DNA from: a bacterium
Lineage (GTDB): Bacteria > Hinthialibacterota > Hinthialibacteria > Hinthialibacterales > Hinthialibacteraceae
Reading direction: 5' to 3'
Assembly: GCA_963662285.2 (NCBI GenBank)
Contig: CAXXMV010000006.1
Coordinates: 192,001-256,000 of the forward strand
DNA: 64,000 nt
Each line of letters begins with the position of its first letter. Position 1 is the first letter of the stretch. The notes under the pieces are model-generated. The model saw nothing but the letters and a program-made list of their open reading frames with translations, was not told where the DNA came from and ran no database searches. Positions 30,645 through 39,142 of the stretch are shown here, in pieces. Made by a program: the position numbers and the translations under genes.

Positions 30645-32483
30645 ATGAACTTTGCCTCAAATCCCGTTTTTTCTATTGATGAAAACGTTACCATATTGCC
30701 AGTGGTGCATGGCAGCGGCGACTATGCCCTCGAAGTGCGCCGCATTATGCTGCAATCGCATTGGGATTGCATAGCGATTCCGCTGCCTTCGTCATTTCGT
30801 GAACCGGTGCTCCATGCGGTGCGCGATCTCCCCCGCATACAGATTGCCGCTATGGAAGAACCGGGCGAATCTAGTTGGAATTTCGTCCCCATCGATCCAT
30901 GCCAGCCGGTTATTATGGCCATACGCATCGCTATGGAAGAATACATCCCCATTGAATTTATTGACCGGGAAACTGCCGTATATGAATCTGAAGCATTTAT
31001 CAGCCCGGACACATTCGCCTTAAAAAAAACTTCTCTGGATCAGTTCTGCGCCGCCATTCTTCCCACTATCCCTCCTCCTGAGCCGGATAGCCAGTTGGAA
31101 TACCGCATCTTTACCATGGCCGATGAACTGCGTCAGTTGCAAGGCAATTATAAGAATATCCTCGCCCTGTGTCCTATCGCACATTGGCCTTGGCTGCGTG
31201 AAGCCTATCGCGCCCGGAAGAAGGCGCCGCCGGTTGAGCCTCATTATGCTCCAGTTATTACCGCGCCGGTTCGGGAACGCTCTCTGGTTTTTATTTTGGG
31301 AGAGTTGCCCTTTATCACTTATTTATATGAAAAATCCCGGCAGGAACTGTTGTCCGACGATAATCTGGCGGTGGATGGCGTAAAAGAACTTTTACTGCAA
31401 TCCAGGGAAGAGTGGTTAAGAAAATTCGAACCGCTGCATAATTGGGCGACGCCGCAGAGGCTGCAAATCCTATTGCAATACGTCCGCAATCTGGCGTTGC
31501 TCGATTCGCGCATGACGCCTGATTTATATACTCTTGCTATCGCGGCCAAACAGGTGATCGGCGATACTTACGCCATTTCAATGGTGGATACCGCAAAACA
31601 GTATCCCTATCAACATATCGCCGAAAAAGATGGCGTGGCCTTTGGCGTGGATAGAGCGGTTTTCCCTTCAGGCGGCGGTGGATTCATGAAGAACCGGCTG
31701 CTGGGTATGCCGTTTGAATGGCGTAATCTGCCTCTCAAGCGGCCTCCAGAAAAGGACAAGCAGAAAAAATGGAAGCAATTATGGAATCCATTCGGCATCT
31801 GCTCCTGGCCTCCTGAAGATGAGCGCATCGAGAGTTTTAACACCCATGTGCGCGACGCCGCCAAAGCCATTATCGGCGAGGGTTTGGTGCGTTCTGAAAA
31901 ATTCACCTCATCTCTCAAAGATGGCCTGGATATCCGGGAAACCATACGCAACTGGTATACCAAGGACCTGTACGTTAAAGAGATTCCTCCGTCGCGCGGG
32001 GGGATCGAGGTGGTCATTTTCCTGTTTGATACGCCCGCGGATAATACCAAGTACAGCCTGCGCACCACATGGTACGCCGAACATAAAGATGAATCGACGC
32101 TCAGTTTTTATTCAACGCCTATCGGTGAGAAATTTGTTGGTCCTGGCATCGCCCAATGCCTCTACGGTGGCTGCTTCTTCCTCTTTCCGCCCCGTTCGAT
32201 TCCAGAAATTTGGAATGATCCACGTTTCGCTCAATACCGCACCCTGGAAGAACGCCTGATCGCCGGAGCGCTGTTTCATTCCAAAGAGAAGACCGTGGCT
32301 ATTGTAAGTCCGCATTCTCCGCTTATGTCATGGAAGCAGATCGCCCGGCGTTTCAAGAAGAAACTGGTCTATATTCCCATGTCGCGCTTCTCGCATCAGA
32401 CCATTGACCGTATGCGAATTTTTCATATCCTAAACGGTAAATCAATCCGTTCCTACGCTTCAAAATTTATCCAGGAGATGTAA
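30645..32483 (+). CDS. Hypothetical protein, possible YehM/DUF5682(TraB-like) N-terminus and VWA/CoxE-like C-terminus
   Basis: ILPVVHGS...ALEVRR, ILALCPIAHWPWL, GLDIRETIRNW; 2 nt after the ATPase stop. Confidence 0.55.
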   Translation: MNFASNPVFSIDENVTILPVVHGSGDYALEVRRIMLQSHWDCIAIPLPSSFREPVLHAVRDLPRIQIAAMEEPGESSWNFVPIDPCQPVIMAIRIAMEEYIPIEFIDRETAVYESEAFISPDTFALKKTSLDQFCAAILPTIPPPEPDSQLEYRIFTMADELRQLQGNYKNILALCPIAHWPWLREAYRARKKAPPVEPHYAPVITAPVRERSLVFILGELPFITYLYEKSRQELLSDDNLAVDGVKELLLQSREEWLRKFEPLHNWATPQRLQILLQYVRNLALLDSRMTPDLYTLAIAAKQVIGDTYAISMVDTAKQYPYQHIAEKDGVAFGVDRAVFPSGGGGFMKNRLLGMPFEWRNLPLKRPPEKDKQKKWKQLWNPFGICSWPPEDERIESFNTHVRDAAKAIIGEGLVRSEKFTSSLKDGLDIRETIRNWYTKDLYVKEIPPSRGGIEVVIFLFDTPADNTKYSLRTTWYAEHKDESTLSFYSTPIGEKFVGPGIAQCLYGGCFFLFPPRSIPEIWNDPRFAQYRTLEERLIAGALFHSKEKTVAIVSPHSPLMSWKQIARRFKKKLVYIPMSRFSHQTIDRMRIFHILNGKSIRSYASKFIQEM

Positions 32484-32489
32484 TCCGCT

Positions 32490-32819
32490 ATGCAGGATGA
32501 AGCCACCAAACTGCTGCCCGCCAGTTATGAATCCATTGCGCGCTTGCAAGAGGAATTCAACCGATATCAGCAATCTGCTTTCCCGGTGCGGGGCGCAAAC
32601 TTCTTCGCCCTCGAACTAAACGGCGAAGCGGGAGAATTAGCCAACCTGGAAAAAAAAGCCTGGAAGGGCAGGGAAATCGCCCATGATGATTTCTCTGACG
32701 AAGCGGCTGACGTAATGATCGCCATCCTCAACTACGCCAATTCACGCAAAATTGATTTAGCCGCATCAGTGCAAAAGAAAATGCAAATCATCGATCAACG
32801 GCGTCTGGCTGAGGACTAA
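32490..32819 (+). CDS. MazG-like nucleotide pyrophosphohydrolase
   Basis: ALELNGEAGELANLEKK...DEAADV (ExxE...ExxD). Confidence 0.85.
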   Translation: MQDEATKLLPASYESIARLQEEFNRYQQSAFPVRGANFFALELNGEAGELANLEKKAWKGREIAHDDFSDEAADVMIAILNYANSRKIDLAASVQKKMQIIDQRRLAED

Positions 32820-32844
32820 GTTTTTATTTATTCCAGACCAAACT

Positions 32845-32877
32845 GGGCGCCAAGGGCAGTGTATTTTCTGCCCTTGA
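32845..32877. repeat. Single family-B hairpin between convergent genes
   Basis: GGGCGCCAAGGGCAGTGTATTTTCTGCCCTTGA. Confidence 0.75.
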
Positions 32878-32916
32878 TTAAGTTCACATCATTGAATCCT
32901 CACAAAAATCCATCCT

Positions 32917-33870
32917 TCATCCGTTGGCTTGTTTGATTGTTTTGCGAAGGTGCGTCAAGGCGGCTTTATATGTATCCGGCCCGACGTATTCCAAAAACAG
33001 CGGCGCATCGGGCGTGCGTTCGGCGGCCAGTTTGACGAACTTGATATAGTCCAGGTCGCCTTGTCCGGCGGGAACGCCGCGGTCAACGTGCAACTTGCGG
33101 TCTTTGGCGTGCAGGCAATCGATGTAAGGCGTGAGCTGATCGAACATCTCTTGCAGATCATTCATCTCCAGCAGGTTGGCCGGGTCTAATAGCGCCCGCA
33201 GCCGGGGTGAGCCGACTTCCTCCAGGAACACTCTCGTCCTTTTGGCGCTGCAGAAGAAATGGCGGTAAAACGGCTCGAATAGAACGATGGCTTTGTACTG
33301 TTCAGCCAATTCGGCCAGTTCTTGCGCTGTGGCCAGCATTTGCTTCCAAATTTCTTCTTGCAGATGATATTCCACCGTAGGCGCCGGTTTCTTGGCGTCA
33401 TGAAAATGTCCCGCTTCGGTGATAAAAGTATTTACCTTCATATAAGCGCCGATTTTCATCATCGCTTCAAAGTAGGCCAAATTCTTTTTGCGTTCAGCGG
33501 GATCGGGGTGAATCAGGTTGGTGTAAACCCCGATGCTATGGATCGAGATTCCAGCATCGCGGTATGTATCAGCGATTTCGCGGCATCGATCAGCCGTCAT
33601 ATCAGAGACGTCATTGCGGAAATTATATTTCCAGTAGTTGCTGTCAGTTTGGGTCAGAAAGAGTTGAATGGTATCAACGTCTTCAGCGGCCAGTTCCTTA
33701 GCCAGCCGGGCGTTGGTGTAGGTGCGGAATTCTGTAGTTGCAATGCCGATAGTCAGGTCGCGCGGCGTCTTGTTAGCCTTGCGGGCGAATGCAGTTGATG
33801 AAGCGGCCAGCGTGGCAGCTACTGCTCCGGTCTTGAAAAGGTCGCGGCGTTTTATGATAGTCTGATTCAT
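32917..33870 (-). CDS. Tat-exported sugar phosphate isomerase/epimerase (xylose-isomerase-like TIM barrel)
   Basis: KRRDLFK twin-arginine signal; YTNLIHPD, LFEP, LLDPANL, LHAKD, G.GDLDY, LEY. Confidence 0.88.
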   Translation of the reverse strand: MNQTIIKRRDLFKTGAVAATLAASSTAFARKANKTPRDLTIGIATTEFRTYTNARLAKELAAEDVDTIQLFLTQTDSNYWKYNFRNDVSDMTADRCREIADTYRDAGISIHSIGVYTNLIHPDPAERKKNLAYFEAMMKIGAYMKVNTFITEAGHFHDAKKPAPTVEYHLQEEIWKQMLATAQELAELAEQYKAIVLFEPFYRHFFCSAKRTRVFLEEVGSPRLRALLDPANLLEMNDLQEMFDQLTPYIDCLHAKDRKLHVDRGVPAGQGDLDYIKFVKLAAERTPDAPLFLEYVGPDTYKAALTHLRKTIKQANG

Positions 33871-34024
33871 GATATCACCTCTGATTTGGGCTGATGTTCT
33901 AGTAGTACGATCAGTTTCTTTATAGTGTGTTTTGTTAATCTATAATTTTTTTTTCACCCTAGTCCTCTTCCCGGCTGGCGGATCTTTACCCACAATTTTT
34001 ATGTGGCTACTTAGATATCAATAC

Positions 34025-34173
34025 GGGTGCCAAGGGCAGCGTCCTTTCTGCCCTTGACGACAACTATAGAGAAACTGAATAATTTCTATAAATATTTATC
34101 TTTTTTAATTGAATTATCGAAAGATATTAGGTGACCTGAATCAAGGGCAGAAAATACACTGCCCTTGGCACCC
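34025..34173. repeat. REPIN-like doublet, family B (shorter spacer)
   Basis: Same inverted ends and flanking CGACAACTAT..GAAACTGAA as 20925-21148. Confidence 0.85.
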
Positions 34174-34267
34174 AATATTGTCCTATATTCAGATAATTTA
34201 ATTTCTCATAATCTCCCTTATTGATATTTGTGGGTCAAGATTAGCCCTGGTTGGAGAGGGGATATAC

Positions 34268-35707
34268 TTACAATGACCATCCATCCCGGTACGTGCGATG
34301 TAAGAACTTATTAGCATCCTTGTCATTGGTGATTTTCATGTTTGGTCCATCCCAATCAATCCTGCGGCCAGCCCGTAATGCGACGTTGCCTAACAGGGGC
34401 GTCTCTGTGAGTATTCCTCCGTGATCTACAAAGTTCGATCCGGGCGCCTCTCCACCCCGGCAGGCATTGACCCATTCATCAAAGTGTCCCGGAGAGCGGG
34501 GCAGCGTCTTGGGCGGCTGCTTGTAGGCTTTCATTTTTGCATCGGTGAATATTTGGCGTCCCATCATTGTGCCCTTATCTCCGACGTATATTATGCCTGA
34601 CGCGCTGCGCCCCGGTTCAAGGTCTTTAGGACGGGCTGGCTTCAAACCGCCGTCATACCAATGCAGCGTAACCGGAGGCATATCGCCGCGCGCCGCGAAT
34701 TCGTAATGCGCCAGAACTCCCAGCGGGTATACATCAGGAAACATCTTGGTAGAACTGGCTTCAACGCTGATGGGATGGGTTAGATTCAAGGCCTTGAACA
34801 CGGTTGATAATGTATGGCAGCCCAGATCGCCCAATTGGCCGTTGGCGAAGTCCATCCAGTTGCGCCAGACCCAGGGATGATATTCGGGGTGATAGGGGCG
34901 CTCCGGCGCAGGTCCAAGCCATAAATCCCAATCCAGCCCGTCGGGAACCGGCGGCGTCTCATCGGGGCGTCTTAGAAACGCAGGCCAATGCCAGAACCGG
35001 GCGGAGATCGAAACATGCACTTCATGCACATTACCAATGGCGCCGTCGGCGATTATCTCTCTGGTCAGGCGGTCTTCTTCGGTGGCTTGTCCCTGGTTGC
35101 CCAGCTGGGTGGCAACTCCAGCGCGTTTGGCTTCCCGGGCGATCATCCGCGCTTCCTGCACCGACCAGGTCAGCGGCTTCTCGCAATAGACATGCTTGCG
35201 TTTTTTCAGCGCCGCCATAGTGACTACTGCATGAGAGTGATCCGGCGTGGCTACCATAACGGCGTCAACGTCTTCCTTCTCCAGCAGTTCGCGGTAATTG
35301 GCGTATGCGCGGCAGGCTTTGTATTGGGCTTGATCTTTTTGTTCAGAATAGAATTCATCAACCATACGTCGCGCCGGTTCGCGTCCTGAAATCTTGGTTT
35401 GTTTACCTTGCTCCCAGTCCCACGAAATATAGCCGTCGCTCTCGCGGTTCACATCGCAGACCGCCGCAACCTGGATTTCATCGAAGCGCAGGAATGTACG
35501 CAGGTTTTGACGTCCCCGTCCTCCCACGCCAATGCAGGCCAAGGTGGTTTTATCATTCGGCGCCACTCCGGTTGTCTGCGCTAGAACATGAGCAGGAACA
35601 ATGGAGAACGCCGGGGCAGCCATAGCCTTGTGCAGAAACGTGCGACGGGAAACTACATGATTGGATTTGCCCGCTTCATTATTGATTGGTAAACCAGTAT
35701 TTTTCAT
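34268..35707 (-). CDS. Tat-exported Gfo/Idh/MocA oxidoreductase
   Basis: SRRTFL, IGVGGRG, VATPDHSH, HVYCEKPL, LDWDLWLGPAP, GQLGDLGCH, YRDGWSL. Confidence 0.93.
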   Translation of the reverse strand: MKNTGLPINNEAGKSNHVVSRRTFLHKAMAAPAFSIVPAHVLAQTTGVAPNDKTTLACIGVGGRGRQNLRTFLRFDEIQVAAVCDVNRESDGYISWDWEQGKQTKISGREPARRMVDEFYSEQKDQAQYKACRAYANYRELLEKEDVDAVMVATPDHSHAVVTMAALKKRKHVYCEKPLTWSVQEARMIAREAKRAGVATQLGNQGQATEEDRLTREIIADGAIGNVHEVHVSISARFWHWPAFLRRPDETPPVPDGLDWDLWLGPAPERPYHPEYHPWVWRNWMDFANGQLGDLGCHTLSTVFKALNLTHPISVEASSTKMFPDVYPLGVLAHYEFAARGDMPPVTLHWYDGGLKPARPKDLEPGRSASGIIYVGDKGTMMGRQIFTDAKMKAYKQPPKTLPRSPGHFDEWVNACRGGEAPGSNFVDHGGILTETPLLGNVALRAGRRIDWDGPNMKITNDKDANKFLHRTYRDGWSL

Positions 35708-35888
35708 CGCCGAACCTCACATGATTTATTGAGTTATTCTACCAAAAATTATTCTATATTTATACCCGAAGATTATTATTCCCTGGATTGTCTTTGAGTC
35801 ATATAATACTTTACTGAAGCCGACTGTATTGCGAAGCCGATATCTTGATGATAATCTACCAGTATAAATATCGACAAGTGCGAAAGGA

Positions 35889-37202
35889 ATGACGATGGAT
35901 ATTCGTTTGGCCTATGGAAAAGATGGATTGAATGTAAGCGTACCGGATGAAAATATCGCCGGAGTAATTCACATGAATCAGATGCCTCCGGTTGAAAATT
36001 TGAAAGAGTCTATTCTGGAATCCCTGCAAAATCCCATCCAGAGCGCTCCACTATCAGAAATCGCCCAGGGGCGCGAGTCGGCGGTAATTGTAATTTCCGA
36101 TATCAGCCGTCCGGTTCCCAACCAGGTGATCCTTCCGGTTATTCTGGATACTATCGAACAGTCTGGCATCCCCCGCGATAAGATTACCATCCTGATCGCA
36201 ACCGGCATTCATCGCCCTAATCTCGGTGATGAACTGATCGAGTTGGTAGGCGAGGATATAGCCAAGAACTACCGTTGCGAGAACCATTACTCCGAAGACC
36301 CAAACGCTACTGAGTACGTCGGCGACATCGGCGACGGCATCCCCATATATATCAATAAACATTACCTGGCCGCTGACTTGAAAATCGCTACCGGTCTGGT
36401 CGAATTGCATTTAATGGCGGGATTCTCCGGAGGCCGTAAAGCCATCCTGCCCGGCATCGCTTCACTGGAAACCATGAAGCATCTGCATGGATACCGCATG
36501 ATCCAGAAAGATACCGTCTGCAACGGTCTGCTCAAGGGCAATCCCTTCCACGAAGGATCGGTTGAAGTGGCGCGTAAAGTCGGGGTTGATTTCATCGTCA
36601 ATGTAACGCTCGACGAAGAGCGGCGCATCACCGGCGTCTTCAGCGGAGACCTCGAAGCAGCCCATGAACAGGCCTGCGAGCTGATCAGAAAGAGCGCGTT
36701 GGTCGAGATCGAAGCCGAAGCCGATATCGTCATCACCAACGGCGGCGGTTACCCGCTGGACAAGACGCTCTATCAATCCATCAAAGGTCTGGTCGGAGCA
36801 TTGGACGCGGTCAAATCAGGCGGCACGGTCATCATCGCCACCCTCAATGAAGAGGGCGCGGGCAGCGAAGATTTCGAAAAACTACTGCGCAGCCTGGATG
36901 ATCCAATGCAGTTTTATGATATCGTCATGGGGCCGGATTACGTCGCCAAAGATCAATGGATGATTCAGGAACTGGTTAACGGATTGCATCATTGCGAGGT
37001 GCTCTATTGCACCGAAAACATCAGCGATGAGGATTTGCGCGCTTACAACCTCAAACCAATCTCTACGGTAGAAGAAGGCATCGAGCAGGCCCTGGCCCGT
37101 CATGGTAAAGACGCCAGCATCCTGGTGTTGCCCGAAGGTCCATACGTGATTCCCAAGTCGCCCAATCCCAAACAGAACCTGTATTCATGGCAAACCGCCT
37201 AA
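35889..37202 (+). CDS. larA: Nickel-pincer-dependent lactate racemase family protein
   Basis: SDISRPVP, ATGIHR, HLMAGFSGGRKAILPG, GNPFH, GGYPLDKTLYQSIKG. Confidence 0.88.
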   Translation: MTMDIRLAYGKDGLNVSVPDENIAGVIHMNQMPPVENLKESILESLQNPIQSAPLSEIAQGRESAVIVISDISRPVPNQVILPVILDTIEQSGIPRDKITILIATGIHRPNLGDELIELVGEDIAKNYRCENHYSEDPNATEYVGDIGDGIPIYINKHYLAADLKIATGLVELHLMAGFSGGRKAILPGIASLETMKHLHGYRMIQKDTVCNGLLKGNPFHEGSVEVARKVGVDFIVNVTLDEERRITGVFSGDLEAAHEQACELIRKSALVEIEAEADIVITNGGGYPLDKTLYQSIKGLVGALDAVKSGGTVIIATLNEEGAGSEDFEKLLRSLDDPMQFYDIVMGPDYVAKDQWMIQELVNGLHHCEVLYCTENISDEDLRAYNLKPISTVEEGIEQALARHGKDASILVLPEGPYVIPKSPNPKQNLYSWQTA

Positions 37203-37221
37203 TGCGTCATTAGAAAACATG

Positions 37222-37250
37222 TTGCATTGATTAGAATTTGATATTATACT
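37222..37250 (+). promoter_or_regulatory. Putative sigma70 promoter
   Basis: TTGCAT, 17 nt spacer, TATACT, upstream of 37301. Confidence 0.5.
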
Positions 37251-37300
37251 GAATATAATCTTAATAGAACTACAGAATCATCAGAAAGGACTTCGAAAAA

Positions 37301-37819
37301 ATGCCGGTCAAACCAAGTGAACAAACCATCTTGAAAACTTACACGCTTGATGAACTGATCGATTTAACAAAACAAAGAGCGCAGATGGAAGTTCGGGAAC
37401 AAATGAATGAAGCTCGAAGTCATCTAGATGCGCTATCTCTGTCCATGGGCGAGAAGACAAAAAGCGCTGTCAGCCTCCCTGTCAAAGCAAAAGGCAAGGT
37501 TGCGAAATCCAAAGCCAAAAAAACCAAATCACGACGCGCGGCGAAAGCAGCTGTTGAAAAAGTCACAGCGGCGCCAGCCGCAAAAGACTCTGACGCCGGC
37601 GCCGCAACGAAAATGTCCCTGGGCAATCACCTGACAGCAGTACTGCGCGCCAAACCGATGGATATCAAAACCATCACAGCTGCTCTGGCTGAAAATGGCT
37701 ATACCAGCGAATCCAAAGACCCACGGCGCATCCTATATCTAGAATTAAAAAAGCAGATATTAAAAGGAACCGTGGCCAAAGTTGGACGCGGCAAATATAA
37801 GAAAACCAAAAAGAAATAA
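37301..37819 (+). CDS. Basic nucleoid-associated-protein candidate (N-terminal helix, Lys/Ala linker, C-terminal winged helix)
   Basis: LKTYTLDELIDL helix; KAKGKVAKSKAKKTKSRRAAK; PMDIKTITAAL..NGY.S...KVGRGKY. Confidence 0.6.
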   Translation: MPVKPSEQTILKTYTLDELIDLTKQRAQMEVREQMNEARSHLDALSLSMGEKTKSAVSLPVKAKGKVAKSKAKKTKSRRAAKAAVEKVTAAPAAKDSDAGAATKMSLGNHLTAVLRAKPMDIKTITAALAENGYTSESKDPRRILYLELKKQILKGTVAKVGRGKYKKTKKK

Positions 37820-37855
37820 TTTCTTGTAACGCTTAAACAGATAAACTCGTTAATC

Positions 37856-37900
37856 AGGGTATAGACCGTGTTTGATTACATGGTCTATACCCTTTGTTTT
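37856..37900. terminator. Rho-independent terminator
   Basis: AGGGTATAGACC...GGTCTATACCCT followed by TTGTTTT, between convergent genes. Confidence 0.75.
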
Positions 37901-37991
37901 TGTTATGATTTTGCCTTGCAACACGTCGGGTGGTTCACGCTTCACCGACCCACCGAATCAATATTGTAGAACATTACCAAACTCTCTAATG

Positions 37992-38957
37992 CTATTCGTT
38001 CTCAGGAAACCAAGAGCGTATGAACGACGCTTCGGTTCCTGCATAGGATGCTTTGGCGAGGAATTCCACGCCATGTTGGTTCCCCCACGAGTAGAGAATT
38101 ACGGTTTGTCCCCGGAATTCGCAGAAATCGATATCGGAGTTGTTTATATTCTTTGCTTCTGCGATCAATTTTCGTTGTTCAACAGTCAGTTTCGGATTAG
38201 CAATTTTTTTATCATCTTCGCTGTGACGCAGTACGGGATTGAGTGGACTTGGTTCCCAGTGCATCAAGTCCTTGGAACGAACCACGCGCATCTCGTATCC
38301 CTGGTAGGCTTCCAGGTAGAAATCGTAATAGTAGCCTTCGAGGTAACGCAGGCAATGCGGCGCTGTGTAGCGGTCTTTGGAGTATACGCATTCGGGAGGC
38401 GTTACTGTCCATGAGATTAAATCTTTTGAAGTTGCGAAACGGGCGGTGAATCCTGCTCCAGTCTCTTCTTTGGGAGCGCCGATTTCGAACATCAATACAT
38501 AACCGTTTTTATCCCGGCACATTGATGTGTTGAAAATCTCGTATTTTGAAATATCCAGTACGGTTCGCGACTGCCAGTTTATCATATCCGTGGAATAAAA
38601 TAATTCGATCCGGCTGCCGCCCCATTTATCAACCCCGGTAACATAGACCGTTTTACCATCCACAAACGCACTGCCCAAATGATAGCCCTTGGCGAAACCT
38701 TTGGTTGGTTCTTGCGCTTCTACATCGATAAACCGGAAATACGAATCTCCTGTTGTGTTAGGTTTATATTTTGCGCGGACATATTCGAACCAGTAGAGAC
38801 GGTCTTGGAAAACAACAGGCGTACATTCAACCAGATCGAGATCAATGGTTCCATGTTTCACTATCAAAGGTTTTTGCAGTAATCCCGTTTCATCCGCTAA
38901 GCCAAAGGGTATTACCTGAAACATCAGCAGCAATAATAAAGCATATCGCAATATCAT
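37992..38957 (-). CDS. Secreted five-bladed beta-propeller glycoside-hydrolase-like protein
   Basis: Signal peptide; repeated S.DL..W Asp-box-like motifs (STDMINW, SKDLISW, SKDLMHW); SPLNPVL; INNSDID; YSWGNQHG. Confidence 0.7.
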   Translation of the reverse strand: MILRYALLLLLMFQVIPFGLADETGLLQKPLIVKHGTIDLDLVECTPVVFQDRLYWFEYVRAKYKPNTTGDSYFRFIDVEAQEPTKGFAKGYHLGSAFVDGKTVYVTGVDKWGGSRIELFYSTDMINWQSRTVLDISKYEIFNTSMCRDKNGYVLMFEIGAPKEETGAGFTARFATSKDLISWTVTPPECVYSKDRYTAPHCLRYLEGYYYDFYLEAYQGYEMRVVRSKDLMHWEPSPLNPVLRHSEDDKKIANPKLTVEQRKLIAEAKNINNSDIDFCEFRGQTVILYSWGNQHGVEFLAKASYAGTEASFIRSWFPENE

Positions 38958-39037
38958 GGTTTTCTCCTCATAAAAATTGTGATTGGTATTTTAATGTAGA
39001 AACATAATAGAGTATCAAATTAGCGTTATGAAGTCAT

Positions 39038-39121
39038 GTAGGGTGAGTCGCGCTTTATCGACCCACTGCAAGCCACTATAGTCCACCATAATCGGTGGAT
39101 CATAAAACGCGACATCTCTAT
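39038..39121. repeat. Inverted pair of GTAG-type REPs
   Basis: GTAGGGTGAGTCGCGCTTTATCGACCCAC and reverse copy GGTGGATCATAAAACGCGACATCTCTAT; borders the AT-rich island. Confidence 0.65.
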
Positions 39122-39142
39122 GGGGCTAGATAAGACGATGGA

